From: Geosiphon pyriformis uo1
Taxonomy: Eukaryota; Fungi; Glomeromycota
NCBI GenBank assembly: GCA_016748015.1
Contig: JAAOMT010000607.1
Coordinates: 248,001-312,000, forward strand
Reading direction: 5' to 3'
Length of the DNA: 64,000 nt
Within the stretch, counting starts at the first letter, position 1. Each line of letters opens with the position of its first letter. The notes under the pieces were generated by a model, which did no database searches, was not told the origin of the DNA, and saw only the letters and a list, made by a program, of their open reading frames with translations. Shown here one piece after another: positions 1 to 11,201 of this stretch. A program made the position numbers and the translations under genes.

Positions 1-22
1 GACTCTTGGATACACTAGAAAT

Positions 23-661
23 TTGATGGTTTTGCTACAGAACAATTCAGAAAAGCCTTATACCATTGAATCTAAGGAAAAAATTGCACAAGCAATTTTC
101 TTACCATTGGTAAAAATTGGGAAATTCGTGCCAGTGAAAAATTGTGAGGAATTGTCACAAACAACGAGAGGAACTTTTGGTTTTGAATTGACAGGAAAAG
201 GAATTGAAACAAATTTCACTAAAACAATAGAGGAAAAAGGCAAAGTAATTAAAAATGAGCAGTCCATTATGTTCCTACCATATGGAAAATCAGAAATAAG
301 AATAAAAAGGACAATTAAAGAAAAAGACCTAATATTTGAGCTCTACCCAGAAACTTGCCAACAGTTTCTCATAGGACTTACTAACCTTTTTATTCCAGCT
401 GATAAAGCTCAATGGATAAAAATTTCTATTGCAAACACCACAGAAGAACCTGTCTACATTCTGGAAGATACCATCATTGGATACCTCGGAATGGAGCTAG
501 AAAACGCGTCAACACCACAAGAAATTCTAAATTTCCCAGAAATTGCCCTCTACTGTGAACTCACTTCAATAGATTGGCAACAACTGTTAGAATGCTATCA
601 ATTTACGCCAGAAGAATTGGCCAAATTAAACATTGGAACAATGGATCCTGACCAACAGTGA
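23..661 (+). pseudogene. E1 pol fragment: dUTPase C-terminal motifs plus downstream dUTPase-like region
   Basis: EKIAQAIFLP (motif 4) and TRGTFGFELTG (motif 5), then IKISIANTTEEPVYILEDTIIGYL. Homologous to the same region in E5, E6 and E7. Confidence 0.8.
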
Positions 662-2028
662 CAATTAAAAGCATTAATTTTAAAATACTCTGATATATTT
701 TCAAGAAATGGTGAATTTGGAAAAACCAACTTGGTTCAACACCAAATCCCCACTGGAGATGCCAGATCTGAAAAACAATGTGCTTACCGTGTCTCACCAA
801 TGGAACATAATTTTATCAGAGAAGAAGTTCAAAGCATGTTGGAAAAAGGAATAATACAACCATCAATGAGTCTATGGTCCTCACCAGTTGTTTTAGTAAG
901 GAAAAAGAACGGAAAAATTAGATTTTGCGTTGACTATCACAAAATAAACAGCAAAACAACCAAAGACTCATACCCAATACCATTAATTGACAAAATCTTT
1001 GACATTTTGGAGGAGCAAAATGGTTTTCTACACTGGACTTGACCAGTGGGTACTGGCAAGTGGAAATAGACCCAAAAGACAGACATAAAACAGCATTCAC
1101 AACACAAAATGGCAATTATGAGTTCAATGTAATGCCATTTGAATTAACAAACACTCCCGCGACATTCCAAAGACTAATGGACGTAATTTACTCCAGAATC
1201 CTGTGGCAATCCGTTGTTGTCTACTTGGATGATACAAATGTTTTCTTGGCAAAATTCATGGATTATCTCCAACATTTACAACAAGTTTTTGAGAGATTGA
1301 GACACGCTGGACTTAAACTAAATCTAGAAAAATGTTTCTTTGGGAAAAATGAGCTAGCATTTTTAGGACACGTAGTTGGAAAAGATGGAATAAAACCAGA
1401 TCCATTAAAAATAGACAAAGTAAAAAATTTTCCAGTATCTCAAAATGTTTCAGAAGTTAGAAGCTTTTTAGGACTCACATCTTACTACTGCCGCTTTGTA
1501 GAAAACTTTTCAAACATTGCCAAACCCCTTAATTACCTACTATCTAAAAATGTGAAGTTTGAATGGACTGAAGCACAACAAAAAGCTTTTGAGTACCTTA
1601 GACAAAAGCTCATTGAATCACCAATAATGATCTATCCGAATTTCAACAAGAAATTCATTTTGGCCACAGATGTCTCTAGAACTGGACTTGGAGCCATTCT
1701 GTTACAAAAAGATGATAATAGAAGAGAACGTATAATCACTTATGCCAGCAGAAGTTTCAGTACGGCAGAACAAAACTACGCAGCACATGAACTTGAATGC
1801 TTAGCAGTAGTTTGGAGTTGTGTTCACTTTGACACATATTTACAGTACCAATCCTTTGAGATTACGACAGATCATAGAGATTTGGTCTGGTTAAATAACA
1901 AGAAAGCACTAAAAAGAAAATATGCCAGATGGTCACAAATGTTAGCACCATACAATTATATTATCAAATACAAAGAAGGTACCAAAAATGCTAATGCTGA
2001 CTGTTTGTTAAGAATGAGACACACATAA
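662..2028 (+). pseudogene. E1 reverse transcriptase-RNase H (frameshift near 1010-1040)
   Basis: SPVVLVRKKNGKIRFCVDY, SGYWQV, MPFELTNTPATFQ, YLDD, ATDVS...GLGAIL, ELECLAV, TDH, NANADCLLR, then stop. Confidence 0.95.
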
Positions 2029-2057
2029 AAATTACCAACCCACCCATCACAACAACA

Positions 2058-3356
2058 ATGAACAACCACCTTTACAAAAACCTTAGCCAATACTTGGAAA
2101 CACTACAAATAGACAAAGAAATGCCAGTAAAAGAGCTAATTAAGCTCCAAAAATTAGCAAAACACTATTTCATCCAAAATCACATACTTTATTACCGGAA
2201 TCAACAAAATTCAGATAATTTATTAAGAGTTATAACCACAGATAAAAAAGAAACTATCTTATTTAACATGTACTCAGATATTCATTTAGGCCACTTTGGA
2301 AAAACAGCAACCATTCAACGTGCAACTAGCTGTTACTATTGGCCAAAAATGAGTTCAGACATAATCCAATACATAAGAAATTGTGACCCATGTCAACAAA
2401 GAGGAGGAGCAAAAACAATGGAATTATTAAGACCAATAAAAGTTGGACAGCTATTTGACAGAATCGGAATTGATTTAGTTGGACTCTTACCAATAACAAC
2501 AAGAAACAACTATTATATTGCAGTAGCCATGGACTATCTCACCAAATGGCCAGAAGCTAGAGCTATTAAAACAGCTGATGCTATTTCTGTAGCTCAATTT
2601 GTACATGAAGACTTAATTTGCCGACATGGATATCCACAAAAATTGCTATTAGATCAAGGCACACACTTCGTAAACAGCACCTTAAAAGAACTTAGCCAAA
2701 AATTTGGAATCAAGCGACCACTGTCATCACCATACTACCCTCAAACAAATGGATTAGTTGAAAGATTTAATCACACATTATGCGAATCACTGGCGAAAAT
2801 CAGTAATGAACATGAAAAAGAATGGGATTTGTTCATACCAGCAGTACTACTAGCATATAGAACAGTAAAACAAGATACTACACAATTCACACCGTTTGAA
2901 CTAGTTTATGGAAGAAAAACCACATTACCAGTTGAACTTACTATCCCAACTTATCCAAGTGACACTATCACGGAAGCAACATTCCAGGAAACACTACTTA
3001 GAAGAACATACGAATTAATGGGAACTTTAAAAAACAAAAGAAGAAAAGCAGCACAAAATATTGAACAATCACAAGAACAACAAAAAGTGAGACATGATAA
3101 CCAGTTACCAGATAATATAATTAGCTACAAAATTGGAGATAAAGTATTGTTGCATCGTACAAAAATGGAAAAACAGTGGAGTGGAAAATTTGATCACAAG
3201 TGGGATGAACCATTTTATATTCACAAAATACTTGGAAATGGAGCATACAAGCTAAGACTAGATGATAAAATATTAAGAAAAGCAGCACATGGTAACCGGC
3301 TGAAATTCTATTACAGTAAACCAGTAATAACAACAAAAACACCCAGAATTGGAACA
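2058..3356 (+). CDS. E1 integrase as a stand-alone ORF (3' end lost in assembly gap)
   Basis: Own ATG; HHCC zinc finger (HLGHFG...CDPC), GIDLVG, DQGTHF, PQTNGLVERFN, and a GPY/F-like motif (WDEPF). Confidence 0.9.
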
Positions 3357-3376
3357 NNNNNNNNNNNNNNNNNNNN
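3357..3376. other. Assembly gap (20 N)
   Basis: Run of N. It hides the integrase stop and the ORF3 start of E1. Confidence 1.
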
Positions 3377-3385
3377 GAGATAGCA

Positions 3386-3820
3386 TTGGGCAATACATTA
3401 ATAATGGAAGAAATAGAAATAAGTGAATTAACACCAGACACATTTAGCAACTTGAAAACGAAATTTCCAATTAATTACTGTTATTATCAACTAGAAAAGC
3501 ACTTGAACATACAAATATTATACTCAAAAGACTCAACTAGAGTGTTTAACAAAACAACTATCCAACTATTAGAACCTTTTATTAGAAAAACCAACACTAC
3601 ATTCCATTCAAAAACAGTTTACAGAATTTTCAAAGCATTTGAAAACTGTCACAAATTATTGTTGGACCCAATTATGAACATAATAACAACCAACAATATT
3701 GGACAACTTACCAACTTGCAATTTCAAGAATTACAACAACAAATTAATAACACAGTATTGAACCACTATAGTAACTTAAAATTTAATAAAGAAATTAACT
3801 TCGATTTCGACGGAGCTTAA
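3386..3820 (+). CDS. E1 ORF3 C-terminal part, unknown function
   Basis: FPINYCYYQLEKHLNIQILY...FDGA-stop aligns by eye with ORF3 of E5-E9 and ends next to the PPT. Confidence 0.75.
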   Translation: MGNTLIMEEIEISELTPDTFSNLKTKFPINYCYYQLEKHLNIQILYSKDSTRVFNKTTIQLLEPFIRKTNTTFHSKTVYRIFKAFENCHKLLLDPIMNIITTNNIGQLTNLQFQELQQQINNTVLNHYSNLKFNKEINFDFDGA

Positions 3821-3824
3821 TCTT

Positions 3825-3839
3825 GAAAGGAAGGGATAA
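3825..3839 (+). other. Polypurine tract of E1
   Basis: GAAAGGAAGGGATAA directly before the LTR TGTTA. Confidence 0.85.
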
Positions 3840-4714
3840 TGTTATGGTTTAAGAATTTAGCAAAAAGAATCATAAAAATAATACAAACTATTCAATCATA
3901 ATATAGCACAGTAATAATCTTAGAAAGGTAATGATTAACATAGTAGCAAATACCATTTTGCTATAGTGGCAAGCACTAGTTCACAATAGCAGCCAATACC
4001 AACTGGTAATAGCAGCAAACACCAGGTTGAAATATCAAAAAAAAAGTATTACAATGTGTTTTCTCATAGAACTACAAACATGTATATATACAATAGTTTT
4101 AATATTGAGAAATAATCAATCAAGTAATAAAAATCATAACTTATCAAGCAATAGATCCAATTTTATCTAACAAACTTCACTTTAAATCATACTTTCAAAT
4201 TAAATATCTCAAGAAATCTTTAAATCAAAAAGAAATGAAAAAGAATATTTAAAACTGAATTATCACAACCCAAAGTATTAAGAAACTTACTTGTATTATT
4301 TATTGAATGAAACTATCATTCATCAACTGAATCCCTTGGAAGAATAATCCTTGATCAAGATTATTTACGTTGTTACTAATTGATAAAAGCTTTATTGTAA
4401 GAATTAGAAAAACACTAAAGACCATTAACATTCTGTGTTTCTAGATTAGAGAAACACATCAGACAATTGCAAGGATAGCCTCAGAGAAGACTCCAGACAG
4501 TGGGTAGATTTCAGTTCAGCCTCTGAGAAGGAGTACATAAACACACACAACAATCAAGAATTAAAGAATAACTTATATCACAACAGTAAAAAGAAAGCTT
4601 TCAGTGTAACAGTGACATTATCACACAAATAGAATTGAGGAACTCATGAAAGACTAATTGCAATTAAAACGGAATATCAGCAATTAAATATAACAAGAAA
4701 ACCATCCCATAACA
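3840..4714 (+). repeat. E1 3' LTR
   Basis: TGTTATGG...CCATAACA inverted termini, TATA-like GTATATATA near 4082, and a 23-bp x4 tandem array at 3940-4031. Confidence 0.88.
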
Positions 4715-7700
4715 GTGGTCTAATCAAGTACAGCATTTGTCTTAGACAACCAGTTATTATCAATCAGAGCTTGGTACTGAGTGACTTTTATAACAAGAAC
4801 TTTGATCAGTATACTGATGCTATTGATTTTGATTGAGAAGTCATCAAGTTTGTTAATTGGAGTTTTGGTGACTCCATCAGCCATAATAATTCTGGTGCTA
4901 GCAGTGCAATCAACTCAGCAATCTAATTGGTCTATAAGTTGCTTGGTAATAATACTGTTTACCAAACTGTTGTTTAAGATCAGTTTAATGGACTGATCAT
5001 CAATCTTGGTATTGGTATACATTGCAGTAATGAGTTTTGTGTTCAGGGCAGCTCTACTGAATAATAGAATTATTGCTGATTCCTTAAGTTTAAAGGAAAA
5101 GATTGTGGCTAATAATTTATTGTTTGTGACAGTTGTTGGAGATATATTGTTGATAAGTGGCTTTTGGTTGGTTTCTTAATAATTGGGTTGGATGTCTTCT
5201 GGAGTAACCAGGAGACTTATATAATGTTGGGTGTTTGGGTTTTGGGTGTAACTAGTTCCCAAATTTTGCTGTCATAATCCAGATTGTTGGGCTGCTGAAT
5301 TGAAAATTGGTTGGTGCATTACTATTATTAATCGCCAATTTTGACGGATTTGTGTAGTTCTCAGTCTCTGATTTCTGTTTTGAAGTAAGTTTTGTGATGG
5401 TATTGGAATTGGTTGGGATTGATAAATTAATTGGGTTTGGAGTGGTTAATAAATTACTAAGGCTGGATGTTAATAAATTAGTGCTTAATAAATTGGCTGT
5501 GTTATTTGAGAGTAATGAGATTGATATTGGTATTGTTTGTTTAATGGATTATTGACATAATTGGGATTTGAAATCTGTAATCAAGGTTTTGATATTGAGT
5601 TCTTGATTGTTGATTATTTAACCTTAACTGGCAATTTATTTTTAGATGTTCTTGTTTTCCACAATAATGGCAAATACATGTTTTTTGCAGCCATTGTTAA
5701 TTTGATAATGATAATTGTGATTAATGTTGAAGTTAATTGGGATTTTTATGATGTTATGACAGTTAATAAATGACTTGATTGCTGTTATTATTAGTTAAGT
5801 ACCTCTTTATTTTCTGATTAATCAAATTACTAAATTGTTTCAGCTTAGAATCCAATTTAAATGATCTGTTTATTACTAGGTTTACAGTTTAAGCTTGTCT
5901 GGCTTCTAGCTTAGCTGATTCAAAATCTCTGGCATAAGTAATTGCATTTTGTAGTGTGTCTGGGTGCATCAGCTGTACTTATTGTAAAATGGTGCTGTGT
6001 AAACCATGAATGAATTGATTCAAAATTTGGGGTGTTGTAAAATAATCTGTGTCAATTGCTTGGATCTAACACAGATTCTTATAGAAATGTTTCAGATAAG
6101 TGGTAACTGCTTTAGTTTCTCCTTGTTTAATAATAGTAAAATAGGTAAGCAATCAATTGATGCTGTTGTGATTGCTAAAATACTATAGAAAAGCAGTTTT
6201 AAATGCCTCAAATGTGTTAGGTTTATCTGTAAGACTTTGATATTATAAGTCAGCTGTATCTTGATGAAAGTAGAAAATGGTTTGCAGTGCTCTTACATTA
6301 TTCCAACCATTGGCTACAATTGCTTTCTCTACATCATTAAGCCAGGCTTAAGTATTTTCTTCTTCACTAGTAAATTTCTTGAGTTTGGTGATAAGTATAA
6401 ATGTTATTGGTACTAGCTACTATAGTTGTTATGGATTTTGTTGATGCTAAGGAATAGGAATTGGGGCTTTTGGTAAATGGATTTATATAATTGGAGATAG
6501 GTTTTGCTGACTAATAGGGACAGAATTTGGATTGTTTGGGTTTTTTAGAGTTGAAACAATTGGAGTTTGTATTTTTGAGTTTTCTGAGATCAGGTTTTAT
6601 TTATTAATTTTCTGATCACTATTTTTCTCTTTCTCAAAGTTGGTTATTTCTTAAAAACTAGTAATTCTGAAATCTGGTTGTGATAGTGGTAACCAAACTC
6701 CTAATAGTATTGAAAATTTCAATTTAAATTCTTCAAAATAATTACCATATGTTTTTAATAACTCTGCTTTCTTCTGTTTACTTTGGAACAGAATTCTGTT
6801 TAGTGGTGTTGTTATGTTTGCTATAAACACTTCTATTATATTGATGATGCTTCCAAATATATAGTGATATAATGAATTAGCAAGTAAATCAAATTTTTGT
6901 TTCTTCCAAGTGAGTAATTGTATTGGCTTTGAGATTTTTACTGGTGTTTGTAATCTTCTTTTTTCTTTGTCAGCAAAAGTGATGGAGAATTTTTGTTTAG
7001 TGTACTTTTCAATTTTTCTGTTTATTTTTGTGATTATTGGCACAAATAAATGATTCTGTAGTAGTGTAATACTTTGGAGTAATTCACTAAAGAAGTTGTT
7101 GAAAGCAGATTCTAAATCTTTTTGGCCTCCTAAATAATATGCAATTTTTTTATTAATGTAGTAATTAAAAGCTGATTCTGTTGGCCAATTATTATTTGTC
7201 AATCTTAGATGATTTTTGTAATGCTAGAATAAAAATTTTGCAAATTTCAAGTGGTTTGTCCCTAGTTTTTCTGATTCTGTTACTGTTTTAGATGGTTGCT
7301 GTTGGTGCTGATTTTCTGTTAGAATATACTTCACAGAGAGCACCAAATATTACAGGTGATTATTTGGAGTCTCAAATCAAATAACAAATTCATAACTTGG
7401 TGTTTAATAGCTATTACAATTGATATTTTTTGAAGGTTTTGGTATCTGAAAGTTTTGGTATCTGAAGATTTTAGTTGAGTTCTTTGTATAATAAACAGAG
7501 ATTCAATAGTTGTTTCAGTAGTCTTCCAAAATTACAATTCTATCAAATTTTTTTCTTTAGTATAATGACTGATTTATTCTGGCAGTTGTGCCTTTTTGGT
7601 AAGCTATTCTTAATTTTCGAGTTCTTTACTCTTGTTTTACAGGTTTTTTATCAGGCTATTTTTGATGTCAATAACTTAGCACTTAATCTCTTTAATCAGT

Positions 7701-8207
7701 CAATAACACAACAAAAGAAAGTAAAATAAAAAAAAATAAAAAAAATAAAAAAATAAAAAAATAATTCAAGGCAATAAAGAGTTAGTATTTCATTAATAGT
7801 CATAATTAAGAGCTATTGTTCTAGTATAATTAAGTATCAGATACTATTAATATGTAGTGTTAATAATGAAAAGAGTAATTTGAATGGTAAATAATTATTT
7901 TATTGATATTGCTGATTCTATTCTGTCTTTTTTATTTCTAATATTCTTGCTATATATACATAATTTGGGTTCTATAAGATCACTTACATTTCCAAGCAAT
8001 ATGCTATAATTTTTTTGAGCAATGTTCATATTGTTAAGCAATATGTCATGATTTTCTGACATTGTTCTACATTATTGAGCAATGTGCCATAATTTTTAAC
8101 AATGCTCCATATTGCTAAGCAATGTGCTTATATGTTAGCTACTATCCTTTTATTGGTCTATCTGTTTTTTTTATTATTTTTTTGTATGTTTTTTTCTATG
8201 AGTAACA
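4715..8207 (-). mobile_element. E2: 5' part of a Gypsy element on the minus strand (5' LTR, PBS, decayed gag-protease); inserted into E3 gag
   Basis: The reverse complement reads TGTTACTCATAG from 8207. The LTR ends at about 7348, the PBS TTTGGTGCTCTCTGTGAAG is at about 7329-7347, and gag homology is seen in ORF 6651-7202. Confidence 0.88.
7348..8207 (-). repeat. E2 5' LTR
   Basis: Similar to the E7/E9 LTRs in U3 (CATTGCTnAGCAAT array) and to the E5 LTR in U5. Confidence 0.85.
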
Positions 8208-9371
8208 GCACCAATTACCAAATTAGAAAAATTTATTGGTAAAAAAATAATGCTTAAGCATAGCTAAACAATGTGGCAAAAGCTATTGTGACTAATAGAT
8301 GGAACAATGCCAGAGCCTTACAAGTCATTCTGTACTTTTTACAAAATATTACTAATTTGTGGTATTAAAGCTTAATCAACAAACCCATAATCTTTAACAC
8401 ATTTAAAATTGAATTTTTAAGATACTTTAGCAATAATAACAACATTAATTACTTGGCAACTGTTCTTATTACCATTAAGTAAGGTGACATAGAAACAGCC
8501 ACTACTTACTTAGAACACTTCCATAAAAATCTGCACTAAATACAAGCTATTGACACAAATTTTGAACCAATTTATTTATGGCCTATACAATAGTCTTTTA
8601 TAATATATATACTTATTACATTTACAAATGTTCCAAGATGCAGTTACATACATCTAAGATTTTAAATTAGCCAAGCTAAAAGCCAACTATATTCAAACTG
8701 TTAATCTAGTAATGAATAGATCATTTGACTTGGACTTTAAGTTGAAACAATTCAATGATTTTATTAACAAGAAATTAAAAGGATACTTGGTTAATAATTA
8801 AGCAATCTATTAACTTCCACAATATTATAATAATTCAAGAAATTTTAATTAATTTCAAAATCAATTATGTTTCTTATTCTTATTAATTAATTAATCATGA
8901 CAGTAAAAAATATACATCTGCTATAATTGTAGTAAATAAAACCATTTAAAAACTGATTACTATGTCAAAGTTAATAATCAACAATCAGAAAACCAATATT
9001 AAAACTTTAATTACCAATTTTAAACTCCAAACTACAACCTAAATTAGGACTATTTCCAGTTTTATTACACCTAATTAATGTCATTATTCATATATGTATA
9101 TTTACTTTATTAAACTCCAGCTCTAATTATCTATCAACCACAGCAACTGCAGATAATTTATCAAACCTCACTAATTCCAATATCATTACACAACTCAGCT
9201 TAAATATTATTTAGAAGCCAAATGGGACTTCTTTCTTTCTTATCTCCAAAAATCCTCAAAAAGCATAATTTTTGAAAAAGAAGTTTTTGATCTTTCTTGT
9301 TAGTTCATTTTATTATTTTTTTAACTAATAACCCTTTCATTGTGGATTTGGAGACTGCCTCTGGCAGCAGT

Positions 9372-11201
9372 ATGTCTAAAAAGAAGGCTTCTAGAGGTAA
9401 TCTCCATGGTCCTGCTGGTGGTTTATTCTTGCAAAAGAAAAAAGTTGTGATTGGGAATGTCAAACACTCAGGTGATGAAAAAGATATCTCTTTGAACAAG
9501 TCTGGTTCTGGCAGCAATGTGTTTTCTGATGTGGACAGTCTTTTCAGTAATGATAATGATGCCAATATGTCTGGTTTCTATGGTAGGTCCCTTCTCAGTT
9601 CAGCTGCTAATACTCCTAAAGCAAAGCATGTCAACACTGGTGCTGTATTTGGATCTTCACTTAAATCTCCCAACTTTGCAATGGATAATGTTGAAGTTGT
9701 TCTCCCTCCTCGTGTACCTATCTTTCTGAATAGAAAATGGGTGAACCCAAAGATTGTCAAGATTCCTGTGAAAGTATCAGTCAAAAAATCATTTGCTTTG
9801 GATATTAATCTTTTGGCAGTGGAGGGCAAATCGGCAATGGCAAAAACTCAAGTAATCAGAAAAATTTTTTCTTTGGTCAATGGTTTTGGAGGGACCACTA
9901 CTCTCTCAAAGTTTGAAGAGATCATCCGATTAACATTTACTTCAAAAGAGAGCATGAAAGTGGCCACATCATTGGCCAGAGAAAAAGGGATTGTCATAAA
10001 CACTGATTTCAAGAAACAAAGAATGCATTCAGATCAGGCTGTGGTGTTAAAAGAAATTTCCATGGACACACTGAAGGATATGATTGTCACTGCAGTATCC
10101 GAATTTGGAGAAATTAAGTCAATCAGAAATCAGTTGATCGGAATGTGACAGAAGGCTGTGGTGGAGTTTGCCAAATCTAGTCAAGCTGATCAGTTAGCCT
10201 CAAAGTGGTCATTACTAATCGGGAAAGACTCAGTGCATGTTGCCAGAGCTGTGGAAGATCGTGATGTCTGGGCATCAAGAGATTGCTATAGAGCACTTCT
10301 GTTTACTTTGCCAGTAGGGACAACTGCGCATGATCTTGGTACTCTTTTGGATAAAGTTGGTGAGAAAACTTGTGTTATTAATCACTCATTGAAAACTGGC
10401 AATAGATTTTGTTGTGCCATAGTGTGCTTTGAATCTGCTGATGATTTGAATTCAGCCTTTCTTACTGAGCCTATTCTTGGTGGTGTTTGGCTTTCATGGG
10501 CCAGGTTTGATTTGGTTTGTTGTGGGAAGTGTGGGCATCTTGGTCATTTGGCTCTTGAATGTGATGCTTCAAATGTGTCACCTCCCGAGTTCTTGTCTTT
10601 GTCTAAAAAACCTGCCTCCAATGCCAATCGTCTCTAACTGGCCAGACTGTATGTGAAAAAGAATGTTTCTATCTCTCGCTCTGCTGCTTTTAGTGGCAAG
10701 TCATGGGCCCAAGTGGTGTCTCTTGCATCCTTTTCTGGTTCTGGTTTTGGTTCTGGTGTCTTCTCTCTTGGAGTCTCTGATTTGGGTGGTGGTCTTCCTC
10801 TGTTGACAAATGACAACTCCTTTTTGAATGCCTGTTTGGTGTCTTTGGAACGTTCCTTGGAGCTCCTACATGATCAGGTCTCTGGTATTGTGCGCAGACT
10901 CGGCAGTATGAATCTGGTGTCTTTGGCCCCCCCTCCTTCTTCTTCAGGTATTTTGGATGTTTTGGCAGCTACCAGTTTTGATATGATTTTGGATGATATC
11001 TCACATGATCCCATGGTGGCACTTTTGCTTCCTCTCGTTGGTTTGGATTTGGGTTCAAGTAGTTCAAAAGTTTTGATCTCTAAGGTGGGTTCTCTGGAAT
11101 CCAAGTTGGTGGCTCTCAATGCTTCTGTTGGTGCGATTCTGGGGAAGTTAGATCAGTTGTGCACTAGTTTGGGTTTTCAGGCATCTTCTTCTTCCCAATG
11201 A
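9372..11201 (+). pseudogene. LINE ORF1 (RRM-like region plus CCHC zinc knuckle), two in-frame stops
   Basis: The ORF pieces at 9297, 10158 and 10653 are in one frame; CGKCGHLGHLALEC knuckle; SEFGEIKSI RRM-like segment. Confidence 0.8.

Larger units (their letters stand above)
1..4714 (+). mobile_element. E1: Ty3/Gypsy LTR retrotransposon, 3' part (dUTPase end, RT, RNase H, integrase, ORF3, PPT, 3' LTR); inserted into E2
   Basis: RT-RH-IN domain order, PPT at 3825-3839, LTR 3840-4714. Minus-strand E2 protease sequence begins immediately after 4714. Confidence 0.93.

Noticed and set aside
3386-3820. ORF3 as env or chromodomain
   Set aside because: It is too short for env, has no signal peptide or transmembrane stretch, and lacks the chromodomain aromatic-cage pattern.
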